DNA of 64,000 nucleotides from Methylophilus aquaticus (GTDB taxonomy: Bacteria; Pseudomonadota; Gammaproteobacteria; Burkholderiales; Methylophilaceae), in contig NZ_JAVCAP010000014.1 in assembly GCF_030769565.1 (NCBI RefSeq), positions 115,554 to 179,553 of the forward strand. The letters are read 5' to 3'. A program made the translations under genes and the position numbers. How positions within the stretch are numbered: the stretch's first letter is position 1; the number at the start of each line of letters is the position of its first letter. Below are positions 1 to 9,880 of the stretch, in pieces. The notes beneath the pieces are model-generated. The model did no database searches, was not told the DNA's origin, and saw nothing but the letters and a program-made list of their open reading frames with translations.

Positions 1-19
1 CTGCTCAAGGGGTACGCTA

Positions 20-1702
20 GTGCGTATACAGCAACGATTGTTTTCTATGGCGGCTTGTGAAGCCTTGCAAGCACAAGGGTATTCGCCTTTGCTGGCGCGA
101 CTAATGGCAGCAAGAGGTGTTGTTTCGGCAGACAGTCAGCAACAAGCGTTGCCACATTTGATTAAGCCTGAAGCGCTGCTGGGTTGCTCGCAGATGGCAA
201 CTTTGCTGGCAGATGCCATCCTGCAAAAGAAACGTATTTTAATTGTGGGAGATTACGATGCGGATGGCGCTACTGCAACTTGCGTAGCCATGCTGGGCTT
301 ACAGACCATGGGTGCGCAAGTGGATTTTCTGGTTCCGAATCGTTTTGAGTATGGCTACGGGCTCACTCCGGAAATTGTTGCCTTGGCTGCACAGCAGCAG
401 CCTGATGTGATTCTGACTGTGGATAACGGCATTGCCAGTATTGAGGGCGTCGCTGCTGCCAAGCAGATTGGTTTGCAGGTACTGATTACCGACCATCATT
501 TACCTGCTGAACAGACGCCAGTAGCAGATTGTATTGTCAATCCGAACCAGCGGGGATGTGCTTTCCCGAGTAAACATCTGGCCGGGGTTGGTGTGATGTT
601 TTATGTGTTAATTGCCCTGCGTGCCGAGCTGAAACAGCGCGGTATGCTGGCAGAGAATGCTGTGCATCTGGCCGGTTTGCTTGATTTGGTGGCACTTGGC
701 ACCGTCGCTGATCTGGTCAGGCTGGATAGCAACAACAGGATTCTGGTGGCGCAGGGGCTCAAACGGATACGGCAAGGCCATGCCTGCCCCGGGATTCTGG
801 CTATTCTCAAGCTGGCAGGCCGCGAGCCATCACAAGTTAATGCGCAAGACTTAGGTTTTTATCTGGGGCCGCGAATCAACGCCGCCGGCAGGCTGGATGA
901 CATGGCGATCGGTATACGCTGTCTTCTAGCCAAGACGGATGAGGAGGCGATGCGTTATGCACGACAATTGCATGCTTTGAATGCAGAACGCAAGCAAATT
1001 GAAGCCGAGATGCAGTGGGATGCCATGGCCGATTTGCAAAGTGATTTCCAGGCCAGTCAGTACACTATCAGTGTCTACCAGCCGGACTGGCACCAGGGCG
1101 TGATTGGCATCTTGGCTTCTCGCATCAAGGAACGTTATCACCGGCCGGTGATCGCCTTTGCCGATGCCAGTGATGGGTTGATTAAAGGGTCTGGCCGCTC
1201 TATCCCTGGGTTACATTTACGCGATGCGCTTGACCTGGTCACCAAGCGCTCACCAGATATTATTGTGAAGTTTGGCGGGCATGCCATGGCGGCCGGATTA
1301 ACTATTCGTATGCATGATTTTGTCCGGTTCCAGCAAATTTTTGAGCAGGTGGTGAAAAGTCTGATATCAGCAGAAATTTTGCAGGAAGTGCTGGAGATGG
1401 ATGGTCCACTCGCTTTACAGGAGATGACTTTAGGTACTGCAGAATTACTTGCCAATGAAGTTTGGGGGCAAGGCTTTCCGCAACCTGTATTTTATGATCG
1501 TTTTGAGATACTGCAACAACGTGTGCTGGCCGAAAAACACCTCAAACTACGCCTGCAAAAACAGGGGCAGGTGTTCGAAGCGATCTATTTTCAACATGCT
1601 GATCCATTACCCGATCAAATTGACCTTGCCTATGCCTTGCAGGTGAACGAATTTAATGGCAATCGTAGTTTGCAATTGCAGGTAGTGCATGCGGTGGTCT
1701 GA
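20..1702 (+). CDS. recJ: single-stranded-DNA-specific exonuclease RecJ
   Basis: 560-aa ORF; DHH motif region (ILIVGDYDADGATATCV), DHHA1-like C-terminus; length typical of RecJ. Confidence 0.9.
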   Translation: MRIQQRLFSMAACEALQAQGYSPLLARLMAARGVVSADSQQQALPHLIKPEALLGCSQMATLLADAILQKKRILIVGDYDADGATATCVAMLGLQTMGAQVDFLVPNRFEYGYGLTPEIVALAAQQQPDVILTVDNGIASIEGVAAAKQIGLQVLITDHHLPAEQTPVADCIVNPNQRGCAFPSKHLAGVGVMFYVLIALRAELKQRGMLAENAVHLAGLLDLVALGTVADLVRLDSNNRILVAQGLKRIRQGHACPGILAILKLAGREPSQVNAQDLGFYLGPRINAAGRLDDMAIGIRCLLAKTDEEAMRYARQLHALNAERKQIEAEMQWDAMADLQSDFQASQYTISVYQPDWHQGVIGILASRIKERYHRPVIAFADASDGLIKGSGRSIPGLHLRDALDLVTKRSPDIIVKFGGHAMAAGLTIRMHDFVRFQQIFEQVVKSLISAEILQEVLEMDGPLALQEMTLGTAELLANEVWGQGFPQPVFYDRFEILQQRVLAEKHLKLRLQKQGQVFEAIYFQHADPLPDQIDLAYALQVNEFNGNRSLQLQVVHAVV

Positions 1703-1717
1703 TGGAGACTTTTATGG

Positions 1718-1852
1718 GCACCTCTAATAATCATTCAAATTCCGTCGCGATGCTGTGTTGTTGCGCATAAATTTTTTTCCGTACATATCCACTGCGTCTA
1801 AATTTTTTAATCGCGCCAAGGCTTGCTTAGCATTTTGAATGATTAGAGGTGC
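1718..1852. repeat. Imperfect inverted repeat (gcacctctaa[taa]tcattcaaa / tttgaatgattagaggtgc) enclosing ~94 nt in the recJ-rluB intergenic region
   Basis: Arms read directly at 1718-1739 and 1834-1852 and differ by a 3-nt indel; could close a long stem (sRNA, MITE-like remnant or terminator). Confidence 0.4.
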
Positions 1853-2133
1853 TCTTATGCAAGGTGTAAGCCTCACTACACAGTAGTCACCGAATAGTGC
1901 GTAGTAAGCACTGAGGAAAATATATTCTTGAGAAATGAGTGGTGTTCAATGTTGGTGGTGCATGTTTAATTGCGCATTTCTAGTCCGCTATTGAGGATTT
2001 TCAATGTCTTGGCGATGAATCGGTTTGCTATTTTAAATTTGCTGGTATCTGTGTTCATCTCCGGTCTTATCAAGCTTTTAGGGCGTTTGCATTAAATACG
2101 GTAAAATACAGCCTTCATTGAAGAGGTTGAAGC

Positions 2134-3234
2134 ATGGCCCGTCCGTTTAAAACACCCAAGAATACTCCCGCTCCGCGCACTCCAAGCCCAAAGCCCAGCG
2201 CATCGACTGATGCGCACAATATTGCCCTTGATGCAGATGCCCCGCGTGAGGGGCAGCGTCTTCACAAGTTACTGGCATTGGCCGGGTTTGGCTCACGCCG
2301 CGATATGGAGACGCTGATTGCCAGTGGACGTATCACGATTAATGGTCAGGTGGCTTTGGTTGGTGCAGTGGTGACAGAGCATGATGTGGTACGCATGGAT
2401 AGCCGTATTTTGCATTTGCCGTTTGACCCGGAGCTGCCCCAAATCTTGCTGTATCACAAACCGGAAGGTGAAATTGTCAGCCAAGATGATCCGGAAGGAC
2501 GTGCCACGGTGTTTGATAAATTGCCACGCATCAAGCAAGGCAAGTGGATTGCTGTAGGCCGCTTGGACATGAATACCAGCGGCTTGTTGATTTTTACCAA
2601 CTCGGGTGATCTGGCAAACCGCTTTATGCATCCACGCTATGAAGTGGAGCGTGAGTATGCGGTGCGCATTCTGGGGGAGTTGACTGAAGAGCAGATGGCG
2701 CAACTCAAGCACGGAATTGAGCTTGAAGATGGCCCTGCCAACTTTGAAAGCATCCACGCACAGGGCGGTGAGGGTGCCAATAAATGGTATCAGGTTGTGA
2801 TTAAAGAGGGACGCAACCGTGAGGTCCGCCGCCTGTTTGAGGCGTTCCACCTGCCGGTGAGCCGTCTGATGCGAGTGCGTTTTGGCCCGATCAACCTACC
2901 GCCACGTCTTAAGCGTGGCACCATGCTCAAGCTGGAACAAAAACAGGTGGTTTCGTTGCTGGAGTGGGCAGATTTACCTGTGTCACGCAAGCCACTCAAA
3001 CAATTGAGCCCGCATGAAAAAGACCGTGCAACTCGTGTCTTTGTGCCAAAAGTGCGTAAACAGCGTCGCAGTCTGCTTGAGACTGCAAACGCACCTGAGG
3101 CTGAACGCCCACAGCGCGCAGCACCTAAGCAGCCGCGCCGCATTCGTCAGGAGTCCGATTTAAAAGAGGCCTCCAGACAAAATGCCCGGTTGAATACAAG
3201 GGCTAAAAAAAGCAGTAATCGCAATCGCGGTTAA
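2134..3234 (+). CDS. rluB: 23S rRNA pseudouridine synthase RluB (S4 domain + RsuA/RluB catalytic core + Arg/Lys-rich tail)
   Basis: S4 motif LHKLLALAGFGSRRDMETLIASGRITING; catalytic GRLDMNTSGLLIFTNSGD; basic C-terminal tail. Confidence 0.85.
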   Translation: MARPFKTPKNTPAPRTPSPKPSASTDAHNIALDADAPREGQRLHKLLALAGFGSRRDMETLIASGRITINGQVALVGAVVTEHDVVRMDSRILHLPFDPELPQILLYHKPEGEIVSQDDPEGRATVFDKLPRIKQGKWIAVGRLDMNTSGLLIFTNSGDLANRFMHPRYEVEREYAVRILGELTEEQMAQLKHGIELEDGPANFESIHAQGGEGANKWYQVVIKEGRNREVRRLFEAFHLPVSRLMRVRFGPINLPPRLKRGTMLKLEQKQVVSLLEWADLPVSRKPLKQLSPHEKDRATRVFVPKVRKQRRSLLETANAPEAERPQRAAPKQPRRIRQESDLKEASRQNARLNTRAKKSSNRNRG

Positions 3235-3241
3235 TCATGCA

Positions 3242-3261
3242 GCAGGCTATCAATAGCCTGC
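3242..3261. terminator. Palindromic hairpin (gcaggcta-tcaa-tagcctgc) between convergent rluB and prmB
   Basis: 8-bp perfect stem with 4-nt loop read from the sequence; no strong T-run, overlaps prmB 3' end. Confidence 0.3.
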
Positions 3262-4143
3262 CTCGATCAGATCTTCTTTGTTTAGCAAAAATACAAACTG
3301 ATCGCCGCCGCTGGTATCCAGCCAGAGAAAAGGTAAGTCAGGGTATGCTGCATGTAGCGCATCGCGGTTATGCCCGATTTCCACAACCAGCAGCCCGCCA
3401 TCGTTCATGTATTCACTCGCCTGCGTCAGAAGGGTGTGGGTATGGTCAAGTCCGGCCTCTCCACTGCCCAATGCCAGTTGCGGTTCGTTCCGATATTCCG
3501 CCGGGAGCTGCGCCATGCTGGGGGCATCAACGTAAGGCGGGTTGCTGATAATGACATCATATTTACGCCCTTTTAGGGCTGAAAACATATCAGATTGTAC
3601 CGCTTGCACCTGAGCTTCCAGACCATAGCGGCCGATATTGATATTGCAGACTTCAATCGCATCCGTAGAAATGTCCACCACATCAATATGCGCATTCGGG
3701 TAAGCTTCGGCAAGCAATATGCCGAGGCAGCCTGAACCAGTGCAAATGTCGGCTGCAGATTCGACCATCTCTGGAAATTCTATCCAAGGCTGCAAACCAT
3801 TTTCCAGCAACTCAGCAATAAACGAGCGAGGCACAATCACGCGTTCGTCCACATAGAATTTATAGCCACGCAACCAGGCTTCATTGACCAGGTAGGCAGT
3901 CGGCACATGCGCGCTGACACGTTTTTCAATCAGCGTGGACAGATGCTCGCATTCCTCTGTGGTGAGCCTGGCGTCCTGAAAGTTGCTCAGGGTGTCATGC
4001 GGCAAATGCAATGCACTCATCACCAGCCACACCGCTTCGTCATAGCTGTTATCCGTGCCATGACCATAAAAAATATCAGAGTTTTCAAAACGGCTGACGG
4101 CGTAACGTAACCAGTCGCGTATGCTATTAAGTTGAGTGGTCAT
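3250..4143 (-). CDS. prmB: 50S ribosomal protein L3 glutamine N5-methyltransferase PrmB (HemK-family)
   Basis: NPPY motif (ISNPPYVDA) and SAM-binding fold; start moved to MTTQLNSIRDW (ATG at 4143), which makes an ATG/TAA junction with the dapE stop at 4145. Confidence 0.8.
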   Translation of the reverse strand: MTTQLNSIRDWLRYAVSRFENSDIFYGHGTDNSYDEAVWLVMSALHLPHDTLSNFQDARLTTEECEHLSTLIEKRVSAHVPTAYLVNEAWLRGYKFYVDERVIVPRSFIAELLENGLQPWIEFPEMVESAADICTGSGCLGILLAEAYPNAHIDVVDISTDAIEVCNINIGRYGLEAQVQAVQSDMFSALKGRKYDVIISNPPYVDAPSMAQLPAEYRNEPQLALGSGEAGLDHTHTLLTQASEYMNDGGLLVVEIGHNRDALHAAYPDLPFLWLDTSGGDQFVFLLNKEDLIEAGY

Positions 4144-4144
4144 A

Positions 4145-5287
4145 TTATTTAAGTAAGAGCAGTTCCATGGTGCGTTTGTAGGTTTGTTTGAGCGGTTCGA
4201 TATCTGCCACTGCAACACATTCATTCAGTTTGTGGATGGTGGCATTGAGTGGGCCGAACTCGATCACTTGCTTGCAAATGTCGGCAATAAAGCGGCCATC
4301 AGACGTTCCGCCCGTGGTTGAAAGCTCTGGGCTCACCCCATAACTCTCCACAATGGCCTGGCTGATCGCCTCAACCAGATCACCGCGCGGTGTGATGTAA
4401 GACTGGTTATGTTCCCAATCGAGCGTGTAATCGAGTGCATGTTTGTCCAGAATGGCATGTACGCGTGATCGCAAGCTGGCTTCTGAACTGCCGTTACCAT
4501 CGACTTCTGGACAATAACGGAAGTTAAACAGAATTTCTACTTCACCTGGCACTACGTTGGTGGCACCCGTGCCGCCGTTCATATTTGAAATTTGCCATGA
4601 GGTCGGCGGGAAGTATTCATTACCCTGATCCCATGTGGTTTCCACCATGTCCTTGATAGCAGGAGCCACCATGTGGATCGGGTTTTTTACGAGATGAGGG
4701 TACGCAATATGCCCCTGGACGCCTTTGACAATGAGTTTGCCGGACAGTGAGCCGCGACGGCCATTTTTAATCATGTCGCCTACAACTTTGTTACTGGTAG
4801 GTTCACCCACAATACAATAATCAAAGGTTTCACCTCGGGCTTGCAGGGCTTCGACCACTTTTACGGTACCTTCAATCGCAACGCCTTCTTCATCTGATGT
4901 AATCAGTAGTCCTATAGAACCTGTGTGTTCAGGATGTTCGGTAATAAAGGCTTCAATACTGGTAATAAATGCAGCCAGCGAAGTTTTCATGTCGGCCGCG
5001 CCGCGTGCATACAGCATGCCGTCTTTTATCGTAGGCTCAAAAGGCGGCGTATGCCATTTATCCAGAGGGCCGGTAGGGACGACGTCAGTATGGCCTGCAA
5101 ACACCATCAGCGGTCTGCTGTTGCCACGTCGGGCATAAAAATTATCTACTTCACCAAATCGCATGCGCTCGATCTTGAAACCCAGGGGTTCCAGTCGTGC
5201 AATCATGGTTTCCTGGCAAGCCGCATCTTCGGGAGTGAGTGAGCGTCTGCATAATAAATCAATAGCAAGTTCGAGTGTGTTGGACAT
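4145..5287 (-). CDS. dapE: succinyl-diaminopimelate desuccinylase DapE (M20 peptidase)
   Basis: 380 aa; M20 motifs (HTDVVP, GAADMK, SDEEG). Confidence 0.9.
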   Translation of the reverse strand: MSNTLELAIDLLCRRSLTPEDAACQETMIARLEPLGFKIERMRFGEVDNFYARRGNSRPLMVFAGHTDVVPTGPLDKWHTPPFEPTIKDGMLYARGAADMKTSLAAFITSIEAFITEHPEHTGSIGLLITSDEEGVAIEGTVKVVEALQARGETFDYCIVGEPTSNKVVGDMIKNGRRGSLSGKLIVKGVQGHIAYPHLVKNPIHMVAPAIKDMVETTWDQGNEYFPPTSWQISNMNGGTGATNVVPGEVEILFNFRYCPEVDGNGSSEASLRSRVHAILDKHALDYTLDWEHNQSYITPRGDLVEAISQAIVESYGVSPELSTTGGTSDGRFIADICKQVIEFGPLNATIHKLNECVAVADIEPLKQTYKRTMELLLLK

Positions 5288-5294
5288 GGCGGTG

Positions 5295-5648
5295 TCACTG
5301 TTTCTGGAAAAGTTGGGTATATTCAGCTTCGTTGAAACCGATGGCGATAATCTGGTGATCTTTCACTACAACCGGGCGTTTGATCACAGATGTGTTGGAC
5401 TGCATAAGGGTAAGTGCCGCCTGAGCATTGCTCACAGCCGCTTTTTCAGTCTCTGACAAATTGCGCCAGGTCATTCCGGCACGGTTGACCAATTTCTCCC
5501 ACGGGACTTGTTCCAGCCATTGCTGCGCAACAGCTTGCTCAAATCCCTGTTTTTTAAAATCGTGGAATGCGTAAGGCACATCATGCTGTGCCAGCCATTC
5601 ACGCGCTTTTTTGACCGTGCTGCAATTGGGAATTCCGTAGAGTTTCAT
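5295..5648 (-). CDS. ArsC/Spx/YffB-family thioredoxin-fold protein
   Basis: 117 aa; N-terminus [15 protein letters not shown] matches the YffB family; yffB also sits next to dapE in E. coli. Confidence 0.7.
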   Translation of the reverse strand: MKLYGIPNCSTVKKAREWLAQHDVPYAFHDFKKQGFEQAVAQQWLEQVPWEKLVNRAGMTWRNLSETEKAAVSNAQAALTLMQSNTSVIKRPVVVKDHQIIAIGFNEAEYTQLFQKQ

Positions 5649-5737
5649 GCTCGACTATGGCTATTAAAAAAATAATATTTTAACAGCCAGCCAGTACTGC
5701 GTGCGAGTATTTGTGGCAAATGGTCGTAGCTTAGTGA

Positions 5738-7822
5738 TCAGAACAGGCTTTTGGTGGTGGTTCTATGCTGCAAGTCGCTGAATACATCAAACAGAAACTG
5801 CTGTTCCACAGGTTTCGAAAATAAATATCCTTGCATTTGATCACAGCCCGTAGTGGCAAGTGCCAGCCGCTGCTCCTCATCTTCTACACCTTCGGCAACT
5901 ACATTCAGGTCAAGGGCATGCGCGAGCTTCACCACTGCTTCTACAATTGATAATGATACTTGTGAAATTGCAACTCCTTTGGTGAGGGAGCGATCCAGCT
6001 TGACTTCGCTTATTTCAAGATTCTGCAGGTAGCTTAAACTGAATGGGTGCAAGCCAAAGTCATCTAGCGAGACTTTTAGACCTAATGTTTTAAAGTGTCG
6101 CAATGTATCCCTGAATTGCTCTTGATGATGAATTGCATTTGTTTCTGATACCTCGAGGATCAGACTCCGCGGCTCAACTTGATTAATGTCCAGGATTGAC
6201 TGGATATGTTCGCCCAGATGTTTATTTCTGAATTGCTGATGGGAAAGGTTTACAGAAATGCTGAGATCAATCCCAATTTCTCTGGCTTTTCTAATCGTAT
6301 GGCAGGCTTGTGAAATAACCCATTCATTAATCTCTTCAACCATTCCAAAACGCTCTGCCGCTTCGATAAAGGTCGATGGTGATAGCAGTCCTCGGGATGG
6401 ATGTTCCCAACGTAACAAGGCTTCGGCGCCATGTACCAGCCGGGTCATGGCATCCACCTTGGGTTGGAACAATAATTTGAACTCACGTTGGGTGATTGCA
6501 TGTTTGAGTTCAATCCGGGTTTGCTGCATTTCATCTGATGCTTGTTCAATTTCAGCATCAAAAAAACGATATTGGTTTTTGCCGTTTTCTTTAGCCTTGT
6601 ACATAGCTGCATCGGCGTTCAATTTTAACTTCTGTAAATTTCCATCTTGTGGGTACATGGAGATGCCAATTGAGCAGGAAATTTCAATCACATGGTCTTC
6701 AATGACAAAACTTTCGCGCATGGTATCAATAATACGTTGAATGACCGTAACCACACTTTGATGATTTTCGATTTCGCTCAGTATGGCAATAAACTCATCG
6801 CCCCCGGCGCGTGCAACGTAGTCACAATTACGCAGCGCATTGCTGATGCGTTTTGAGACTTCTATCAGTAGCAGGTCACCAATATGATGGCCGAATTGAT
6901 CATTTACAGGTTTGAAGTGGTCAAGATCAATATAGGCCAATGCCATTGACTCTCCGTTACGGTCGCAACGCTTTGCACTGATTACCAAGTGCTGATTCAG
7001 TGCGTCCCTGTTGGGTAAATGCGTTAGCGGGTCATAAGCTGTTAATTTTCTATGGCTGGTTTGTGTGTTACGAAAGCTCAGTTTACTCTGGTTAATGTCG
7101 ACAGCACGTTCGTAAAAAACCACTAATATGAACGAAGTCATGAATAGCAAAATTGGCGAAAGTACCAGCAACAAAGTTAAATAGTTGCTGGCTTGGTCAG
7201 TCGGCTGCAAAGCAAATTCACTGCTGTGCAGAATGCTGAGGTTGATTGCTGCATGGGCGGCAAGGAATCCAAGGGCAATTTCTACCGAAAACATCAGTTT
7301 GAGCCATCGTAACGCTTTCCCTTCATAGCCTTTTAGCCAGAGCATGGTCACAATGACCAGCGCCGACGTCATGCAGGCGATAAATAAGCCAAATAGCGCT
7401 GTCCAAATATCGATATTGATATTAATTGCGCCTGATGCAATATGGTAAAAGTAGGAGAGTAGGTACGCGCTGAAGCCGGCTGCCATTGCCGCATACATCA
7501 GTTCCCTTAATGGCAGGCTTCTCTGGTTGACGGTGTTTAACAATGAGAGGGCCAATAGATAGGCACATAGTAATGCGCCTATAAAATCCACAGGGTGCTG
7601 GGCGATTTTTGGAATGTTGTCTGAAGTGAATTGATAGCCTGCATGCAGGATAAATATTCCTGCAGCCAGTATGGATGCATACTTTTTAAGAAAAAGTTCG
7701 TGTTCTTTTTGTGCGACTTTTCGTAAGCGGTAAACCAGTTCAAACGCAAAATAACACCCGATCACACTGAGTGCGAAAAGCAGGCTGATATAAATTTGTG
7801 TTTGGCTCATAAGTAATTGCAA
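5738..7822 (-). CDS. membrane-anchored GGDEF-EAL protein (c-di-GMP turnover) with N-terminal multi-TM sensor domain
   Basis: 694 aa; about 8 hydrophobic helices, GGDEF motif (ARAGGDEF), EAL motif (EALLRWEHP). Confidence 0.85.
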   Translation of the reverse strand: MQLLMSQTQIYISLLFALSVIGCYFAFELVYRLRKVAQKEHELFLKKYASILAAGIFILHAGYQFTSDNIPKIAQHPVDFIGALLCAYLLALSLLNTVNQRSLPLRELMYAAMAAGFSAYLLSYFYHIASGAININIDIWTALFGLFIACMTSALVIVTMLWLKGYEGKALRWLKLMFSVEIALGFLAAHAAINLSILHSSEFALQPTDQASNYLTLLLVLSPILLFMTSFILVVFYERAVDINQSKLSFRNTQTSHRKLTAYDPLTHLPNRDALNQHLVISAKRCDRNGESMALAYIDLDHFKPVNDQFGHHIGDLLLIEVSKRISNALRNCDYVARAGGDEFIAILSEIENHQSVVTVIQRIIDTMRESFVIEDHVIEISCSIGISMYPQDGNLQKLKLNADAAMYKAKENGKNQYRFFDAEIEQASDEMQQTRIELKHAITQREFKLLFQPKVDAMTRLVHGAEALLRWEHPSRGLLSPSTFIEAAERFGMVEEINEWVISQACHTIRKAREIGIDLSISVNLSHQQFRNKHLGEHIQSILDINQVEPRSLILEVSETNAIHHQEQFRDTLRHFKTLGLKVSLDDFGLHPFSLSYLQNLEISEVKLDRSLTKGVAISQVSLSIVEAVVKLAHALDLNVVAEGVEDEEQRLALATTGCDQMQGYLFSKPVEQQFLFDVFSDLQHRTTTKSLF

Positions 7823-8024
7823 TGTTGTTCTTGGTATTCTACTGCGTGACTACTGTTTGTCTTTATTGTGCTTATTTTTATTGCCTTTAATGCTCCAGAC
7901 TCAATTTCAAAATAGTGGTAGAACAATCGGCACGCATACCTATAACGACACGCATGTTAAAAAATGTAGTGTTGCTACTGATTGTTGCGATAAGTATGTT
8001 GCCGATATGATAAAGCTGTAATGG

Positions 8025-8852
8025 TTAAATGCCGCGTAGCAACTCGTTTATGCCTACTTTACCCAGTGTTTTGGCGTCTACTTTTTTAACAATAACTGCG
8101 CAATACAAGCTATATTTTCCATCGCTGGAAGGCAAGTTGCCTGACACTACGACAGAGCCCGCCGGGACGCGGCCAAAATGCACTTCACCTGTTTCACGGT
8201 CATAAATCTTGGTAGATTGACCGATATATACGCCCATGGAGATGACACAGTTATCTTCAACCACAACCCCTTCAACCACTTCAGAGCGCGCACCGACAAA
8301 GCAGTTATCACCAATAATCGTTGGGCCAGCCTGAACTGGTTCAAGAACGCCACCGATCCCTACACCACCCGATAAATGCACGTTTTTACCAATTTGTGCA
8401 CACGATCCAACAGTGGCCCACGTGTCTACCATAGAGCCTTCTCCAACATAAGCACCTATGTTGACATAAGATGGCATGAGCACTGTATTTTTGGCAATGA
8501 ATGAGCCTTTTCGGACAATTGCATTAGGCACCACACGGAAACCGCCAGCTTTAAAGTCCTCTTCAGTGTAGTCAGCAAATTTCGGGTCCACCTTATCGAA
8601 ATAACGTGTTACGCCATCATCCATCAATACATTATCTTTCAGGCGGAATGACAATAAAACAGCCTTTTTTAGCCATTGATGGGTTTCCCACTGCTGCGTA
8701 TCACCGATACGGGTGGCTACGCGGAGTTTGCCTGCATCCAGATCATCCAGAACGGAACTAACCGTTTGTTTGACTTCAATAGAGGCGTTGCTTGGGTTGA
8801 TGTTTGCGCGGTCTTCGAAAGCCGCTTCAATAATACTTTGACGAGGATCCAT
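8025..8852 (-). CDS. dapD: 2,3,4,5-tetrahydropyridine-2,6-dicarboxylate N-succinyltransferase DapD
   Basis: 275 aa; hexapeptide-repeat left-handed beta-helix signature and DapD-typical length. Confidence 0.9.
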   Translation of the reverse strand: MDPRQSIIEAAFEDRANINPSNASIEVKQTVSSVLDDLDAGKLRVATRIGDTQQWETHQWLKKAVLLSFRLKDNVLMDDGVTRYFDKVDPKFADYTEEDFKAGGFRVVPNAIVRKGSFIAKNTVLMPSYVNIGAYVGEGSMVDTWATVGSCAQIGKNVHLSGGVGIGGVLEPVQAGPTIIGDNCFVGARSEVVEGVVVEDNCVISMGVYIGQSTKIYDRETGEVHFGRVPAGSVVVSGNLPSSDGKYSLYCAVIVKKVDAKTLGKVGINELLRGI

Positions 8853-8952
8853 GTGTTCTCTACTTAATTTACTTGGGTAAACCTCACATTTTAACTCAAA
8901 TTATATGGGTTTGGGTGCGTGCACACCGCTTCCGCGGCGTGATGATGTTGTA

Positions 8953-9765
8953 TTACTTTGATTTTGAAGCCAAATACAAAGGCATTACACTAGGTGTTAA
9001 TGCCTGTAAATCCTTGATGCGATTTTCGCTGGAAGGGTGGGTACTTAAAAACTCAGGCGGAGACTCTTTGTTGGCAGCATTCATTTTCTGCCATAAAGTG
9101 ACTGCCGCTTCTGGGTTATAGCCCGCCCGTGCAGCTAATTCCAGCCCCATGCGATCTGCTTCGCGTTCTTGCTCGCGACCATTGGGTAGCGAGAATAGCA
9201 ATTGGCTACCCATGCCTGCACCCTGTGCGGCCATGCTGCCCGCAGTTCCGCCGATGAGTGAAGCCAGCGCTTGTAAACCAAATTGCTGTACATAAGCTTG
9301 TGACATGCGTTCGCGTCCATGTTCGCGCAAGGCATGTGCAATTTCATGCCCAATCACGGCAGCCAGTTCATCGTCTGTTGCGTTCAATTTGTCTGCTAGA
9401 CCTGAAAACACCATGATTTTCCCACCCGGCATGCAGTAAGCATTCAATTGATCATTTTTTTCGACGTTGACCTCCCATTTCCATTTGCTGGCATCTGGGC
9501 GGAACACGCCAACCTGGGTAATTAGGCGGTTGGAAATGGTCTTGACTCGGTTAAGTAAAGGCTTGTCTGCATTCAGTGTGTTTTTCTTTTGTGCATCCTG
9601 CAATGTTTGCACATACGATTGTGCCGACATCTGGTTCACTGTGCTGGATGGCAGTAAAAGCAACTGACTTCGTTTAACACCTGAAACACTGCTGCTCGTT
9701 GTGGTGGCGCAGGCTGACAACAGTGCGCAAAGCGTGGCGATGGAAAAGATTTTGATGAGCATCAT
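8953..9765 (-). CDS. M48-family zinc metallopeptidase lipoprotein (LoiP/YggG-like)
   Basis: Lipobox LLSAC; HEIAHALREH zinc-binding motif; 270 aa. Confidence 0.8.
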   Translation of the reverse strand: MMLIKIFSIATLCALLSACATTTSSSVSGVKRSQLLLLPSSTVNQMSAQSYVQTLQDAQKKNTLNADKPLLNRVKTISNRLITQVGVFRPDASKWKWEVNVEKNDQLNAYCMPGGKIMVFSGLADKLNATDDELAAVIGHEIAHALREHGRERMSQAYVQQFGLQALASLIGGTAGSMAAQGAGMGSQLLFSLPNGREQEREADRMGLELAARAGYNPEAAVTLWQKMNAANKESPPEFLSTHPSSENRIKDLQALTPSVMPLYLASKSK

Positions 9766-9880
9766 GGTTAGCTATCCTTTGAATAACTCGGTGAAGCGTA
9801 AACGTCGTTTCATCGTTACATCATCATATAAAATTATGAAATGGATTTTACAGTATTTATTTCTTGAATCCAGCTTGAAG

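Noticed and set aside
2293-3143. 185-aa and 117-aa minus-strand ORFs inside rluB
   Set aside because: They are antisense to a confidently identified pseudouridine synthase gene and have no conserved motifs. They are GC-rich frame artefacts.
9766-9880. Terminator for kup or the M48 gene in the 115-nt gap
   Set aside because: There is only a short AACG/CGTT palindrome without a loop, and no stable stem or T-tract. The region is more likely promoter DNA for the M48 peptidase gene.
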